Positions 1-12,327 of a stretch of 64,000 nucleotides of DNA are shown piece after piece. The position numbers and the translations under genes were made by a program. Below the pieces are notes generated by a model. The model saw only the letters and a program-made list of their open reading frames with translations. It had not been told where the DNA came from and did not search any database. The DNA is from Octopus sinensis (Eukaryota): NCBI RefSeq assembly GCF_006345805.1, contig NC_043025.1, positions 7,254,001 through 7,318,000 of the forward strand. The letters are read 5' to 3'. How positions within the stretch are numbered: position 1 is the stretch's first letter; every line of letters begins with the position of its first letter.

Positions 1-156
1 TCTCCTACCTTTCACAAGAGATGACACAGGTGGTAGTTTCCCATATATTTGTACTTTGGATTGATGACGCTTCCACGAGAGATTTTGAGCTCTCATAAGG
101 AGGCGAGTGTAGGTTCCATCCAACCGCCTCTCAAGCTTCTTTGATAACGTCCAGGT
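1..156 (-). mobile_element. RTE/RTEX-type LINE fragment (post-RT C-terminal region)
   Basis: Minus frame reads TWTLSKKLERRLDGTYTRLLMRAQNLSWKRHQSKVQIYGKLPPVSSLVKGRR, typical of the WTL..K.E.RLDG.YTR.L...LNISW motif downstream of RT in RTE/RTEX LINEs. Runs off the window edge. Confidence 0.7.
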
Positions 157-736
157 TTCTGCACACACACCACACACACACACACACACAAATCATTGAT
201 TAAATATAGTCTGTTAGAATATTATACACTGAATTTATAATGAGTGCTCTTTCTATAAAATGTCAAAAATATCAATACTATAAAGTATTAATTCACTCGC
301 AAGGCTTTGGTCGGCCCAAGGCTATAGTAGAAGACACTTCCCAAAGGTGCCACACAGGGAAACTGAACCAGGAACCATGTGGCTGGTAAGCAAGCTACTT
401 ACCACACAGCCACTCCTGCACGTAAAGGACAAAAGACAGGCAAAACCCAGCCATGGCAGATTTTGAACTCAGAGCATGAGTTAGTGCCAATCAGAATTTT
501 GTCTGAGGTGGTAACGATACTGCCAACTCGTTACTTTGGTTTTTAATAAGACATTATAAACTCACCTGTACACTTTTCACCTGTATTTACTCTTTTACTG
601 GTTTCAGTCATTTGACTGTGGCCATGCTGGAGCACCACCTTTAGTTGAGCAAATCGACCCCAGGACTTATTCTTTGGAAGCCTCGGTCTCTTTTGCCAAA
701 CCGCTAAGTAACAAGGACGTAAACACACCAGAATCG

Positions 737-963
737 GTGAGCTGGCAGAAACGTTAGCACGCCGAGCGAAATGTGTAGCAGTATTTCGTCTGTCGTTACG
801 TTCTGAGTTCAAATTCCGCCGCGGTCGACTTTGCCTTTCATCCTTTCGGGGTCGATTAAATAAGTACAGTTACGCACTGGGGTCGATATGATCGACTTAA
901 TCCGTTTGTCTGTCTTTGTTCGTCCTCTCTGTGTTTAGCCCCTTGTGGGTAGTAAAGAAATAG
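737..963 (+). mobile_element. SINE family B, inserted inside a family A copy
   Basis: GGTGAGCTGGCAGAAACGTTAGC...GAGTTCAAATTCC head and CCTTTCATCCTTTCGGGGTCGAT core (Deu/Nin-domain-like). Family A sequence resumes on both sides. Confidence 0.8.
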
Positions 964-1151
964 GTTGTCAAGCGATGTTGGGGTGGACAAACACAGACAC
1001 ACAAACATACATACATACACACACACATATATATATACGATGGGCTTCTTTCAGTTTCCAGAAGACACTTATTCAGTGGGACTGAACCCGGAACCATGTG
1101 GTTGGTAAGCGAGCTACTTACCACACAGCCACTCCTATGCCTATATTAAAC

Positions 1152-1198
<47 letters not shown>

Positions 1199-1370
1199 GA
1201 CAGGCTTCTTTCAGTTTCTGTCTACCAAATCCACTCACAAGGCTTTGGTCAGCCTGAGGCTATAGTAGAAGACACTTGCCCAAGGTGCTATGCAATGGGA
1301 CTGAACCCGGAACTGTGTGGTTGGTAAGCGAGCTACTTACCACACAGCCACTCCTATGCCTATATTAAAC

Positions 1371-1422
<52 letters not shown>

Positions 1423-1617
1423 TACATATATACGACAGGCTTCTTTCAGTTTCCGTCTACCAAATCCACTCACAAGGCTTTGGTCAGCCTGAGGCTATAG
1501 TAGAAGACACTTGCCCAAGATGCCACGCAGTGAATGGGACTGAACCCAGAACCATGTGGTTGGTAAGCGAGCTACTTACCACACAGCCACTCCTATGCCT
1601 ATATTAAACCACACACA

Positions 1618-1655
<38 letters not shown>

Positions 1656-1720
1656 GTCCCGGGTTGATTCGGGGTTAACCACAGTAAATAAGGTACTCAA
1701 TACATAGCAGAGTAAAATTA

Positions 1721-1903
1721 ATTTATTATATAGAAGGAGCTTCTACAGGACTAGAACTGTTTCATTCAAGAGAAATCTTCAGGAAGCTAGTTAACCTGCC
1801 TAAATGTATAAATGCCAATACAATTCTTGTTAACTAGCTTCCTGAAGATTTCTCTTGAATGAAACAGTTCTAGTCCTGTAGAAGCTCCTTCTATATAATA
1901 AAT
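1721..1903. ncRNA. Perfect 75-bp inverted repeat; each arm carries a type I hammerhead-ribozyme motif (Penelope-like fragment)
   Basis: 1721-1795 is the exact reverse complement of 1829-1903. The plus arm reads AGCTTC-CTGAAGA-stem II-GAAA-CAG-loop-CTG-TA-GAAGCT. Confidence 0.6.
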
Positions 1904-2323
1904 ATATATATATATATATATTTACATATATACGACAGGCTTCTTTCAGTTTCCGTCTACCAAATCCACTCACAAGGCTTTGGTCAGCCCGAGGCTATAG
2001 TAGAAGACACTTGCCCAAGGTGCTATGCAGTGGGACTGAACCCGGAACCGTGTAGTTGGTAGGCAAGCTACTTACCACACAGCCACTCCTGCGCCTACTA
2101 CGTAAATACTCCTGTATTACGTAAAGGTTTTCAAGATAATAAATAGTAATACAAAATTCTCAAGTTTCCAAGCAATTATTCACAGGCTGTGCATTTCCGA
2201 ATACAAGGCATTTAAAAAATTTATGAGGTGATAAATGAATCACGTATTTTGTCAATGATACAGTGCAATGACACAACAGAGATTAGCTGAGAAGGTTGTC
2301 ACAGTTCAAGCGGTAATTGTATC

Positions 2324-2545
2324 GGCAGAAACGTTAGCACGCCAGGCGAAATGCTTAGCGGTATTTCGTCTGCGTTACGTTGTGAGTTCAAATTCCGCCG
2401 AGGTCGACTTTGCCCTTCATCCTTTCGGGGTCGATAAATTAAGCACCAGTTACGCACTGGGGTCGATGTAATCGACTTAATACCTATGTCTGTCCTTGTT
2501 TGTCCCCTCTGTGTTTAGCCCCTTGTGAGTAATAAAGAAATAGGC
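2324..2545 (+). mobile_element. SINE family B
   Basis: Same sequence as 737-963, flanked by a 9-bp TSD AATTGTATC (2315-2323 and 2546-2554). Confidence 0.85.
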
Positions 2546-2704
2546 AATTGTATCATGTATGTCTGTAGATGTGATGTATATGTGGGCATCATTTGCTCCC
2601 ATACATGTGTGTGTGTATGTGAGTGTATGTGTGCATTTAATTTCTTTCACGTTCACAATACAGGTATCTAAGTGCCACTAATTGTTTCAAACGATGAGAA
2701 ATAC

Positions 2705-3094
2705 TCGTGGCTGTGTGGTAAGTAGCTTGTTTACCAACCACATGGTACCGGGTTCAGTCCCACGGCGTGGCACCTTGGGCAAGTGTCTTCTACTATAGCC
2801 TCGGGCCGACCAAAGCCTTGTGAGTGGATTTGGTAGACGGAAACTGAAAGAAGCCCGTCGTATATATGTATATATATGTATATGTGCGTGTATGTTTGTG
2901 TTTGTCCCCCTAGCATTGCTTGACAACCGATGCTGGTGTGTTTATGTCCCCGTTACTTAGCAGTTCGGCAAAAGAGACCGATAGAATAAGTACTGGGCTT
3001 ACAAAAGAATAAGTCCCGGTGTCGAGTTGCTCGACTAAAGGCGGTGCTCCAGCATGGCCGCAGTCAAACGACTGAAACAAGTAAAGAGAGTAAA
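2705..3094 (+). mobile_element. Full-length SINE family A
   Basis: Head, internal TA/TG microsatellite and tail all present. Confidence 0.85.
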
Positions 3095-3577
3095 TGGCAT
3101 AAGAAAATTATGAGGAAATGAAGTTTGGCAGCAGGTAAGGGGCATGAATGTGCAGTTATGCTGAGGAGTACGTTTGTGTAGTTATGCCCACAGTGTTTCC
3201 AGCTACGCAAATTTCAAAGCTTTGGTGAACTCAAGGCTATTGTAGGAAACACCCGTCTAAGGTGCTGTGCAGTGATGCTGAACTAACAACCATTTAAGCG
3301 TGGAAGTAATACTTGGAGCTGGAAGGCGAAATAGCAGGGAATATATTCTACATTCTGCACCCAACTACATTTATATAAATAAATAGATAGATGACATGAC
3401 AGGGAGAGAGAGAGATACACATTTAGCTGCAAGAAGGATTTTCATGCTGGGCTGGTTGTTATATAAATACGTGCCATCTTTAATTCATGTTTTTGTAAAC
3501 ACCTAATTGGCATTTTGGCATTTGTCTGAAATTCAAGTTTTGCTACAATAGTACCACTTGTATTACTGTGTAGTGTA

Positions 3578-3615
<38 letters not shown>

Positions 3616-3632
3616 GTATGTGTGTGTGTAAA

Positions 3633-3878
3633 TCTTTATATATAAAAGAGAGGTTGTGTGTCTGTCTCCTACGATTTAGATTCCTAACTACTCCCACATT
3701 TTGCGGTGCAGTTTAACCAAAAGCGGGTATCTTATAATCGTGATTCATATCGAGCCCTTCTGGGTATTAGCGCGCGTCTACAATGAGTCTACGATATTAA
3801 AAAAAATTTACCATCATTTTTTACCATTTTGATGCATTTTTTCGCTATTATATAAGGGAAGTAACTCTCTAAAAATAT
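3633..3878 (+). mobile_element. Helitron-like non-autonomous element, 5' part
   Basis: Begins A|TC TTTATATATAAAAGAGAGG and is near-identical to the reverse complement of 37251-37647. Truncated by a TTAGGG-containing repeat. Confidence 0.7.
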
Positions 3879-4892
3879 ATGGGGGGGGTTAGGGTTTGTG
3901 TTAGGGTTAGGGGTGGGAGAAAAGGGTTTCTGTTATCTTCAGAAATGTAAACAAAGTCACGTGTGTACTTATACCGAAGGATCGCCAATTTTTGTTTTCA
4001 TATTCATTTTCTACACGTTTTTGAACACCTATTGGACTGTTTTTTTTTTTTGATTTTGGTAACCGGGCGCTAAACTAGATCCTGAAAGTTATGAGAGAGA
4101 GAAAAAACGGACCGTGTGAACTTTCCGACAGTCCTCTCTCTACCCCTTCGGAAAACATTTTCCCCACGAATTTTTTATAATTGTAATCTATGCTGTTTGA
4201 AAGGTGTTTCTGTAAAAATTCATCAAAAGATAGCCATTTTCCTGAAAGTTATGAGGGGAAAAAAGTCGGGTCGTGTGATTTCCCGAAACTCCTTTCCCCA
4301 CTCCTTCGGGAAAATTCTTTCCCATAAATCCTTACATACTCTGAATCTACAACATATAAGCGGTGTTAGTTGAATTTTTCGTTAAAAAATACCCATTTTT
4401 CTGGAAGTTATGAATCAGCTAAGTCGATGGGGTACACATCTGTAGTTATGCCGAGAGGGACAAACATACATTTGATATTATTTTCCATTTTTACCCAACA
4501 TAAACATAATTTTAATAGAAATTGAAGAGACGTCTTCTCCACTGCTATATATACACACATTGTATTAGTTTAGGTATATATACACAGCTACTATGTGTAT
4601 ACACACACCTGACTACTATAATCATCCGGCTCGCTGTCTTCGACGAGATCCGTCACTCTACACCAGAAATACGTTTTGAAAATAATTTGGTGAACATTTT
4701 TTTAAATATTCAAGTGGTTGGAAGAAATTTAACAAAATCCCGATCAGCTAATTTATGGGGACATAAACAAACCAGCACCGGTTTACCAAGTGGTGATGGA
4801 ATAGATACATGTATATCGTCAGGAAATCATGAATCCGAAAGAGAAAAACACACTCTAAGATACGGAGCAGTGGAGTAATTTAGATAAAGATT

Positions 4893-5036
4893 GTTATGGC
4901 AGGTTTGTGGGGTTACCCTGGGTTTCACGTCCATAAAGTGCTTGGTTTTATTTGCCCCATTAGGGCCTGAAGAGATGCTGTAAAGCTAAGAGCTTTATGA
5001 ACGTGACAGGTAACCCCCAGAGACCGGCCATAACTA
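4893..5036. mobile_element. Small degenerate palindromic MITE-like element
   Basis: GTTATGGCAGGTTTGTGGGGTTACC...CACGTCCATAAAG is matched by the inverted CTTTATGAACGTGACAGGTAACCCCCAGAGACCGGCCATAAC. Confidence 0.45.
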
Positions 5037-5121
5037 CCTTTATCAAATACACACACACAACTGTGAACAACGAGCACTTGGGTTCCTCATAACATCCAGA
5101 AAAATGGACACTTACACACAC

Positions 5122-5463
5122 TCTTTTACTCTTTTACTTGTTTCAGTCATTTGACTGCGGCCATGCTGGAGCACCACCTTTTAGTACTTATTGCCGAACC
5201 GCTAAGTGACGGGGACGTAAACACACCAGCATTGGTTGTCAAGCAATGCTAAGGGGACAAACACAGACACACAAACACACACATATATATAGATATATAC
5301 GACAGGCTTCTTTCAGTTTCCGTCTACCAAATCCACTCACAAGGCATTGGTCGGCCCGGGGCTATAGCAGAAGACACTTGCCCAAGATGCCACGCAGTGG
5401 GACTGAACCCGGAACCATGTGGTTGGTTAGCAAGCTACTTACCACACAGCCACTCCTGCGCCT
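5122..5463 (-). mobile_element. SINE family A (internally deleted)
   Basis: Tail, body and head motifs as in the other copies. Confidence 0.8.
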
Positions 5464-6277
5464 AAATTTACAGCGCAATTGTTTTCGAAATTTCCAATTT
5501 CGTAGATATGTATGTGGTATGTGTCAGTATGTATGTGCGAGTCCCCCTTTTTTATTTCCTCCCCCCTATTTTTCTAATTAAATTCCGATATAGTCAAAAT
5601 CTACACGTGTTCGTTGAAAATTTCATTCTAAAAAAAAATACACATTTTTTCTGAAAAGTTATGTCACAACACTGACTCGTGTGGATTTTGGGAAACCCTT
5701 CTACCGCAAACATTCACAGTTGTGTATGTTTTGAGTTAAAAAAAAACCCGCCAAATGCGAACATTGCCTTTCATCCTTCCCAGTCGATAAAATAAAGAAC
5801 CAGTTCTTCCTTCGAAACCTCCCAGACTTGGATGGAAGAAGCAAATGCTCTTCGACCGACGAAGTCGATAAATCTTCCTCAAGCCAAATGTTGAATAATT
5901 TAACTATGTGATACAGTAGTGTTTAAAAAAGAAAGAAAAGGAATAGAAGGGATGGTCGTGGTTAGAATGTCTGACTGTAGTTGATCTGAAAGCTAAAGAA
6001 CAAAAGAAAAAAGACAGGAGGTATACGACAACGGGTCCCTACACAACGGCGCGAGGGGGGAATTTCATTATATATACATACATCTATATGATATTGACTT
6101 CGTGGTATAGTTTCATAATTCGCTCATTCAAAACAGATCGAATTCATGGGTTTCATTAATTAATTAATAACTGCGCGTACGGTCTCGGATCGTTGTTGGG
6201 CTCATATTGAGCAGATATTTCATCTTGTGACTCACCGGACTACATAGATGACTATTAAATATGTCCTTTAAATATAA

Positions 6278-6309
<32 letters not shown>

Positions 6310-6453
6310 TAAACAGTAGATGTAATTTAGGAGAGATTAAATTGCTTCTTCGTCTTTGAACTAGTTTCTGATAGCGGTTTCGATGACATGAAGTTATCGA
6401 AATGAAAATAAAACTTTAAAATATTTTAGGTAACTTGGGGACACGAACTAAAG

Positions 6454-7025
6454 AACCCTGGGGCCTTAACCGTCAAAACTCCTATTTATTCCGTCTTTAA
6501 ACGTTGTCGAGGTTGGACAACGGTCAATACATGAGCTGATATAATATATATTTCTTTACTACCCAGAAGGGGCTAAACACAGAGGGGACAAACGAGGACA
6601 GACAAACGGATTAAGTCGATTAACCCTGGGGCCTTAACCGTCAAAACTCCTATTTATTCCGTCTTTAAACATTGCTGAGGAGGTTGGGCAATGGTCAATG
6701 AATGAGCTGATATAATACCTATTTCTTTACTACCCACAAGGGGCTAAACACAGAGGAGACAAAGAAGGACAGACAAACGGATTAAGTCGATTATATCGAC
6801 CCAAGTGCGTAATTGGTACTTTATTTATCAACCCTGAAAGGATGAAAGGCAAAGTCGACCTCGGCGGTATTTGAACTCAGAACATAGCGGCAGAAATACC
6901 TATTTCTTTACTACCCACAAGGGGCTAAACACAGAGGGGACAAACACGGACAGACATAGGTATTAAGTCGATTATATCGATACCCAGTGCGTAACTGGTA
7001 CTTATTTAATGAGCTGACATAATAT
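6454..7025 (-). mobile_element. SINE family B dimer plus a local 168-bp tandem duplication
   Basis: Three B tails (about 6540, 6718, 6897). Unit AACCCTGGGGCC... at 6454 and 6622. AATGAGCTGAYATAATA flanks the dimer. Confidence 0.7.
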
Positions 7026-7199
7026 AGTTAGTTAAAAACGGAACTTACCCCAGATGAGATTTCGCCTTTGTTTGTTTGTGTGAGTGAGTGAGAGTTTATA
7101 AGTAGATATGTATTGAGTGCGTGTGTGGCTGTACCTGAATTCGATATGAAAAGTTTGAGTCAACAGAGACGGGGAAGTGACGGAAGAGGAAGAGTTAAA

Positions 7200-7606
7200 A
7201 TGAAAGAGAGAGAGAGAGGGAGGAGAGAAGAGGAGTAAATTGTAGTAGATGAGGGGCGTGGTGAATGGGGAAAAAGGGGAGGGTTTTGTGTATGTGTGTG
7301 TGTGTGAGTGTCACTATATGTGTGACTGTGTCTGTGTGGGTGCGTGTGTTTATACAGGTGGAAAGAGAGAGAGAAAGAGAGAGGGAGAGAGAAAGAGAAA
7401 AAGAGAGAGAGAAAGAGAGAGAGAGAAAAAGAGAGAGAGAAAGAGAGAGAGAGAAAGAGAAAAAGAGAGAGAGAAAGAGAAAGAGAGAGAAAAAAGAGAG
7501 AGAGAGAGAGAAAAAGAGAGAGAAAGAGAGAGGGAGAGAGAGAGAAAAAAGAGAGAGAGAAAGAGAAAAGAGAGAGAGAGAAAAAGAGAGAGAGAAAGAG
7601 AAGAGA

Positions 7607-7641
<35 letters not shown>

Positions 7642-7722
7642 TATTTCTTTATTCACCATAAGGTTGAGAAAAAGAGGGGACAAAACAAACGTTGGGGGTC
7701 AGGGTATCGAATGAGACGAAAC

Positions 7723-7760
<38 letters not shown>
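7200..7760. repeat. (GA)n/GAAA low-complexity tract with a TG-rich start
   Basis: Visible directly; explains the RE-repeat and SL-repeat ORFs. Confidence 0.95.
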
Positions 7761-7762
<2 letters not shown>

Positions 7763-7968
7763 GAAGTAAGTGGAAATATAGAGATGGGTATAATTAATAG
7801 GTGAGTTAAGAAGGTATGAAGCGAGGGAGAGAAAGAAGGAAAGAAAGGTGAGGGAGAAAAAGAAACGAGGGGTGAGAGAGAAAGGAGAGAAAGAAAGGAC
7901 GAAAGAAGAAAGAACGTGGGGCAGTGTTAAACGAAAAGGGTGTGAGAAAGAATGAAGATCGCCGGTGG

Positions 7969-8976
7969 GGCGATCTTTCGTTTCTAGTAGACTTTTCCGT
8001 CTATTTCCGTAAAAAAATTTTTTTTTTTTTTTACATATGGGCTTGCGGGAACTTTTGAAGTAATATACAGGCGCAGGAGTGGCTGTGTGGTAAGTAGCTT
8101 GCTAACCAACCACATGGTTCCGGGTTCAGTCCCACTGCGTGGCATCTTGGGCAAGTGTCTTCTGCTATAGCCCCGGGCCGACCAATGCCTTGTGAGTGGA
8201 TTTGGTAGACGGAAACTGAAACAAGCCTGTCGTATATATATATATATATATATAATATATATATAAGCTTGTCTACCAACCACATGGTTCCGGGTTCAGT
8301 CCCACTGTGTGGCACCTTGGGCAAGTGTCTTCTACTATAGCCTCGGGCCGACCAAAGCCTTGTGAGTGGATTTGGTAGATGGAAACTGAAAGAAGCCCGT
8401 CGTATATATAATATATATATATATATATGTGCGTGTGTGTGTTTGTGTGTATGCGTTTGTCCCCTAGCATTGCTTGACAACCGATGCTGGTGTGTTTATG
8501 TCCCCGTTACTTAGCGGTTCGGCAAAAGGGACCGATAGAATAAGTACTGGGCTTACAAAAGAATAAGTCCCGGGGTCGATCTGCTCGACTAAAGGCGGTG
8601 CTCCAGCATGGCCGCAGTCAAATGACTGAAACAAGTAAAAGAGAGTAAAGAATATACATATACACATACACCGAGTAAAAAATTTCAGCTATCTCTTTCT
8701 TTCACACATTACTCTGTCTCTTCACACACACTAACAGAAGCACTTCACTTACACAACATACTGTCTGTCTCCCACATCCCATCAAACACACACACATGTA
8801 CATCAATGCTTCCCATGCACGGTAACTTCAAAAGAACTTCCCTCGTCATACAATCGCTTTATCTTAGTCTCTTTCGCTCTCATTACTTCAAAAGTTCCCG
8901 CAAGCCCATATGTAAAAAAAAAAAAAAAATTTTTACGGAAATCGACGGAAAGGTCTACTAGAGACGAAAGATCGCC
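7969..8976. mobile_element. Long-TIR / foldback-like DNA element with SINE A insertions (8068-8650)
   Basis: Arms of about 96 bp at 7969-8064 and 8882-8976 are near-identical inverted repeats beginning GGCGATCTTTCG. Confidence 0.6.
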
Positions 8977-9232
8977 GGGAACATGGTGTGAAATGAGATG
9001 GAGAGAATAGACGAGGAAAGGGTTGATAAAAACGTCAGTAAACGAATACAGACAATTTCAATGTCACAGAGACTGATATTGCGGCATAACTACACAAACG
9101 GGCCCCACACGTTTTGTTTTCTTAAATCTTTCTTTAAATCTGGTATTTTTTAATGAAACTTTCTACAAATACTTCTCAGAGGCTAACTTCGGTATAGGTA
9201 CCGGAAGTACCGGATACATTTCAAGAAAGTGT

Positions 9233-9710
<478 letters not shown>

Positions 9711-9953
9711 TATATATGGGGGGTTAGGGTTAGGGTTAGGGGTGGGAGAAAAGGGTTTCTGTTGTCTTCAGATATGTAAACAAAGCTACTTACGGTACCT
9801 GTACCGAAGGATCGCCCTTCTCAGATGTAGATCAATGATTCCCAAACTTTTCCGCGCTGCCACCCCGCTGGCACCCAGTACTGCTCTACTCACCACCACC
9901 ACAAACATAGACCACTTTTAGTAGCAAATTCAAAACTGTACTACTATAATAAT

Positions 9954-10283
9954 TATTTATTTATTTATTTATTTATGTGCCCTTTTCAAGCCCGGCCAGG
10001 CTCATGGGCCCGGTTTCCCGGTTTCTATGGCGTATGTGTTCCCCCCATCTGGACGGGACGGCAGTCCATCGCAGCGTTACTCAAGAAACAGGAAGAAAGC
10101 GTGAGAGAAAGTTGGGGCGAAAGAGTACAAAAGGGGTCGGCACCACCCCCTACCGGAGCCTCGTGAAGCTTTAGGTGTTTTCGGTCAATAAACACACGCA
10201 ACGCCCGGTCTAGGAATCGAAACCGCGATCCTCCGACCGCGGGTCCGCTGCCCTAACCACTGGGCCATTGCGCCTCCACACTT
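9954..10283 (-). mobile_element. tRNA-derived SINE family C1 (possibly octopus OR1/OR2-type)
   Basis: Minus-strand head GGAGGCGCAATGGCCCAGTGGTTAGG...GGTTTCGATTCC, (AAAT)n tail and a 10-bp TSD CTATAATAAT (9944-9953 and 10284-10293). The OR1/OR2 name is from memory and unverified. Confidence 0.8.
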
Positions 10284-10534
10284 CTATAATAATAAAAGCG
10301 AAATTCTCTCCCTCTGTCTGGAACCCTTGTATCTCAGTCTACATTTGCTCTACAGGGACAAATTATACCTTGTTGGAATCAGGATGGTCCCAGGTTTGAA
10401 AATTAGGGTTAGGGTTCTTCAACATCCAGCATTGGCACCAAGTCTGGATGAGAATTTGTCATATACTAACAGTTGAAAATTCAAATTTTTAAAAGAACTC
10501 CAAAAATTTGTGAACTTACAAGCTTTTCATTTAA

Positions 10535-10743
10535 ACTCTTTTACTCTTTTACTTGTTTCAGTCATTTGACTGCGACCATGCTGGAGCACCGTCTTTAATC
10601 GAGCAACTCGACCCCGGGACTTATTCTTTGTAAGCCCAGTACTTATTCTATCGGTTTCTTTTGCCGAACCGCTAAGTAACGGGGACATAAACACACCAGC
10701 ATCGGTTGACAAGCAATGCTAGGGGACAAACACAGACATACAA

Positions 10744-10809
<66 letters not shown>

Positions 10810-10975
10810 TACGACAGGCTTCTTTCAGTTTCCGTCTACCAAATCAACTCACAAGGCTTTGGTCGGCCCGAGGCTATAGCAGAAGACACTTGCCCAAGAT
10901 GCCACGCAGTGGGACTGAACCCGGAACCATGTGGTTGGTTAGCAAGCTACTTACCACACAGCCACTCCTGCGCCT
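10535..10975 (-). mobile_element. Full-length SINE family A
   Basis: Complete head, body and tail. Confidence 0.85.
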
Positions 10976-11003
10976 AAATTTAAAATAATACCATATTGGT
11001 TGG

Positions 11004-11165
11004 TAAGGCCGGCTCAAGGTACCGGCAACTCGGGAAATTGGCCGGGGCGCCATGTGTAGTCTACATTTTCAGTTTTTCTCCTTGTGAAAATTTAAAAAAA
11101 TTATACTTGTAAGGGCGCCAAAGTTCAGCTTGTCCGGGCCGCCTCCAATCCTAGGGCCAGCCCTG
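11004..11165. mobile_element. hAT-type MITE
   Basis: Termini TAAGGCCGGCTC ... GGGCCAGCCCTG and an 8-bp TSD TTGGTTGG/TTGGATGG. Confidence 0.6.
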
Positions 11166-11346
11166 TTGGATGGGTACCAATAAATGCTTTATTATTATTG
11201 CACTCTTTAATTTTGGGCCGCAGGCTCAATTAGCCCTTTGCAGGAGCTAGCTCAAAAGTCCGCACGGTGTGCGGCTAGCCACAAATTAAACTTTATCCTA
11301 TTAACCCATTAATTTGAGGCCCTTTTTTTTTACATGGGGACTTTTT

Positions 11347-12327
11347 GGGAATCTTTTCGGTTTGAACGGCAGTTTTTTTCTAGCGGTGTCATATGAAATT
11401 GTCACCCATAATTATGACCCTAGTATCGATCTATTGCATTTCAATCTATGTTAGGGTTAGTTAGGGTTAGGGGTGGGTGGAAGGGTATCTTTTTTCTTCA
11501 CAAATGTAAATAAACCCAATCTGTTTCTTAAACGAGGGACATATTCATACGGCACAATGTTTTTTTTTTTTACCTCAATAGACGTCATTGATTGTTTGTA
11601 ATTGCAGAAATTGAAGGAAAAAAACCCCACAAATATCTTACAAACTATAGAATTTCCTCAATAAAGCCAAGAGAAAAAGATGTTGTATAAACATATTCTA
11701 CCAGTATACGAAGTTTAAAAGTGTTTAATTACGTGGAAATTATTTTAAAAAACTGCCTTTCAAACCGAAAAGATCTCTGTTTCTTAAACGAGGAACATAT
11801 TCATACGGCACAGAATGTTTTCACCTCAATAGACATCAGTGATTGGTTGAAATTGCAGAAATTGAAGAAAAAACGCCCAACAAATTTCTCACAAACTATA
11901 GAATTTTCTCAATAAAGCCCAGAGAAAAAGATGTTTTATAAACACATTCTACCAGTATACGAAGGTTAAGATTTTTTAGTTACCTAGAAATTATGTTACA
12001 AAGTGCCGTTCAAAAGGAAAAGATCCCCTAACCCTAACCCTAAAACAGATTGAAATGCAAAAGATCGATACTAGGGTCATAATTATGGGAGACAATTTCA
12101 TACGGCACAGAATATTTTTACCTCAATAGACGTCATTGATTGGTTGAAATTGCAGAAATTGAAGGAAAAAAACCCCACAAATATCTTACAAACTATAGAA
12201 TTTTCTCAATAAAGCCAAGAGAAAAAAGATGTTTTATAAACACATTCTACCAGTATACGAAGTTTAAAAGTGTTTAGCTACGTGGAAATTATTTTTAAAA
12301 AACTGCCGGTCAAACCGAAAAGATCCC
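11347..12327. mobile_element. Non-autonomous TIR DNA transposon containing TTAGGG repeats and an internally triplicated segment of about 230 bp
   Basis: TIR GGGA(A)TCTTTTCGGTTTGAACGGCAG / CTGCCGGTCAAACCGAAAAGATCCC. Internal repeats at about 11545, 11801 and 12098. Relatives at 38760-38885, 39931-40524 and 51642-51830. Confidence 0.7.

Larger units (their letters stand above)
293..2097 (-). mobile_element. Cluster of tRNA-derived SINE family A: heads at 293-420, 1197-1360, 1432-1597, 1931-2097 and one interrupted full copy at 590-1140
   Basis: Recurring head GGAGTGGCTGTGTGGTAAGTAGCT...GGTTCAGTCC (pol III A/B boxes), an internal (TA)n/(TG)n tract and a tail ending GACTGAAACAAGTAAAAGAG, shared with more than 15 copies in the window. 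Confidence 0.85.

Noticed and set aside
7195-7761. RE-rich and SL-rich ORFs
   Set aside because: Translation of (GA)n low-complexity DNA.
10195-10277. tRNA-like sequences here and at 39170-39239 and 41188-41260
   Set aside because: A/B boxes are present, but acceptor stems are not intact and each continues into a SINE body and tail.
11452-12045. Head-to-head TTAGGG/CCCTAA as a telomere-fusion scar
   Set aside because: Only 2-3 units each, 560 bp apart, and embedded in the inverted arms of a multi-copy TIR element.
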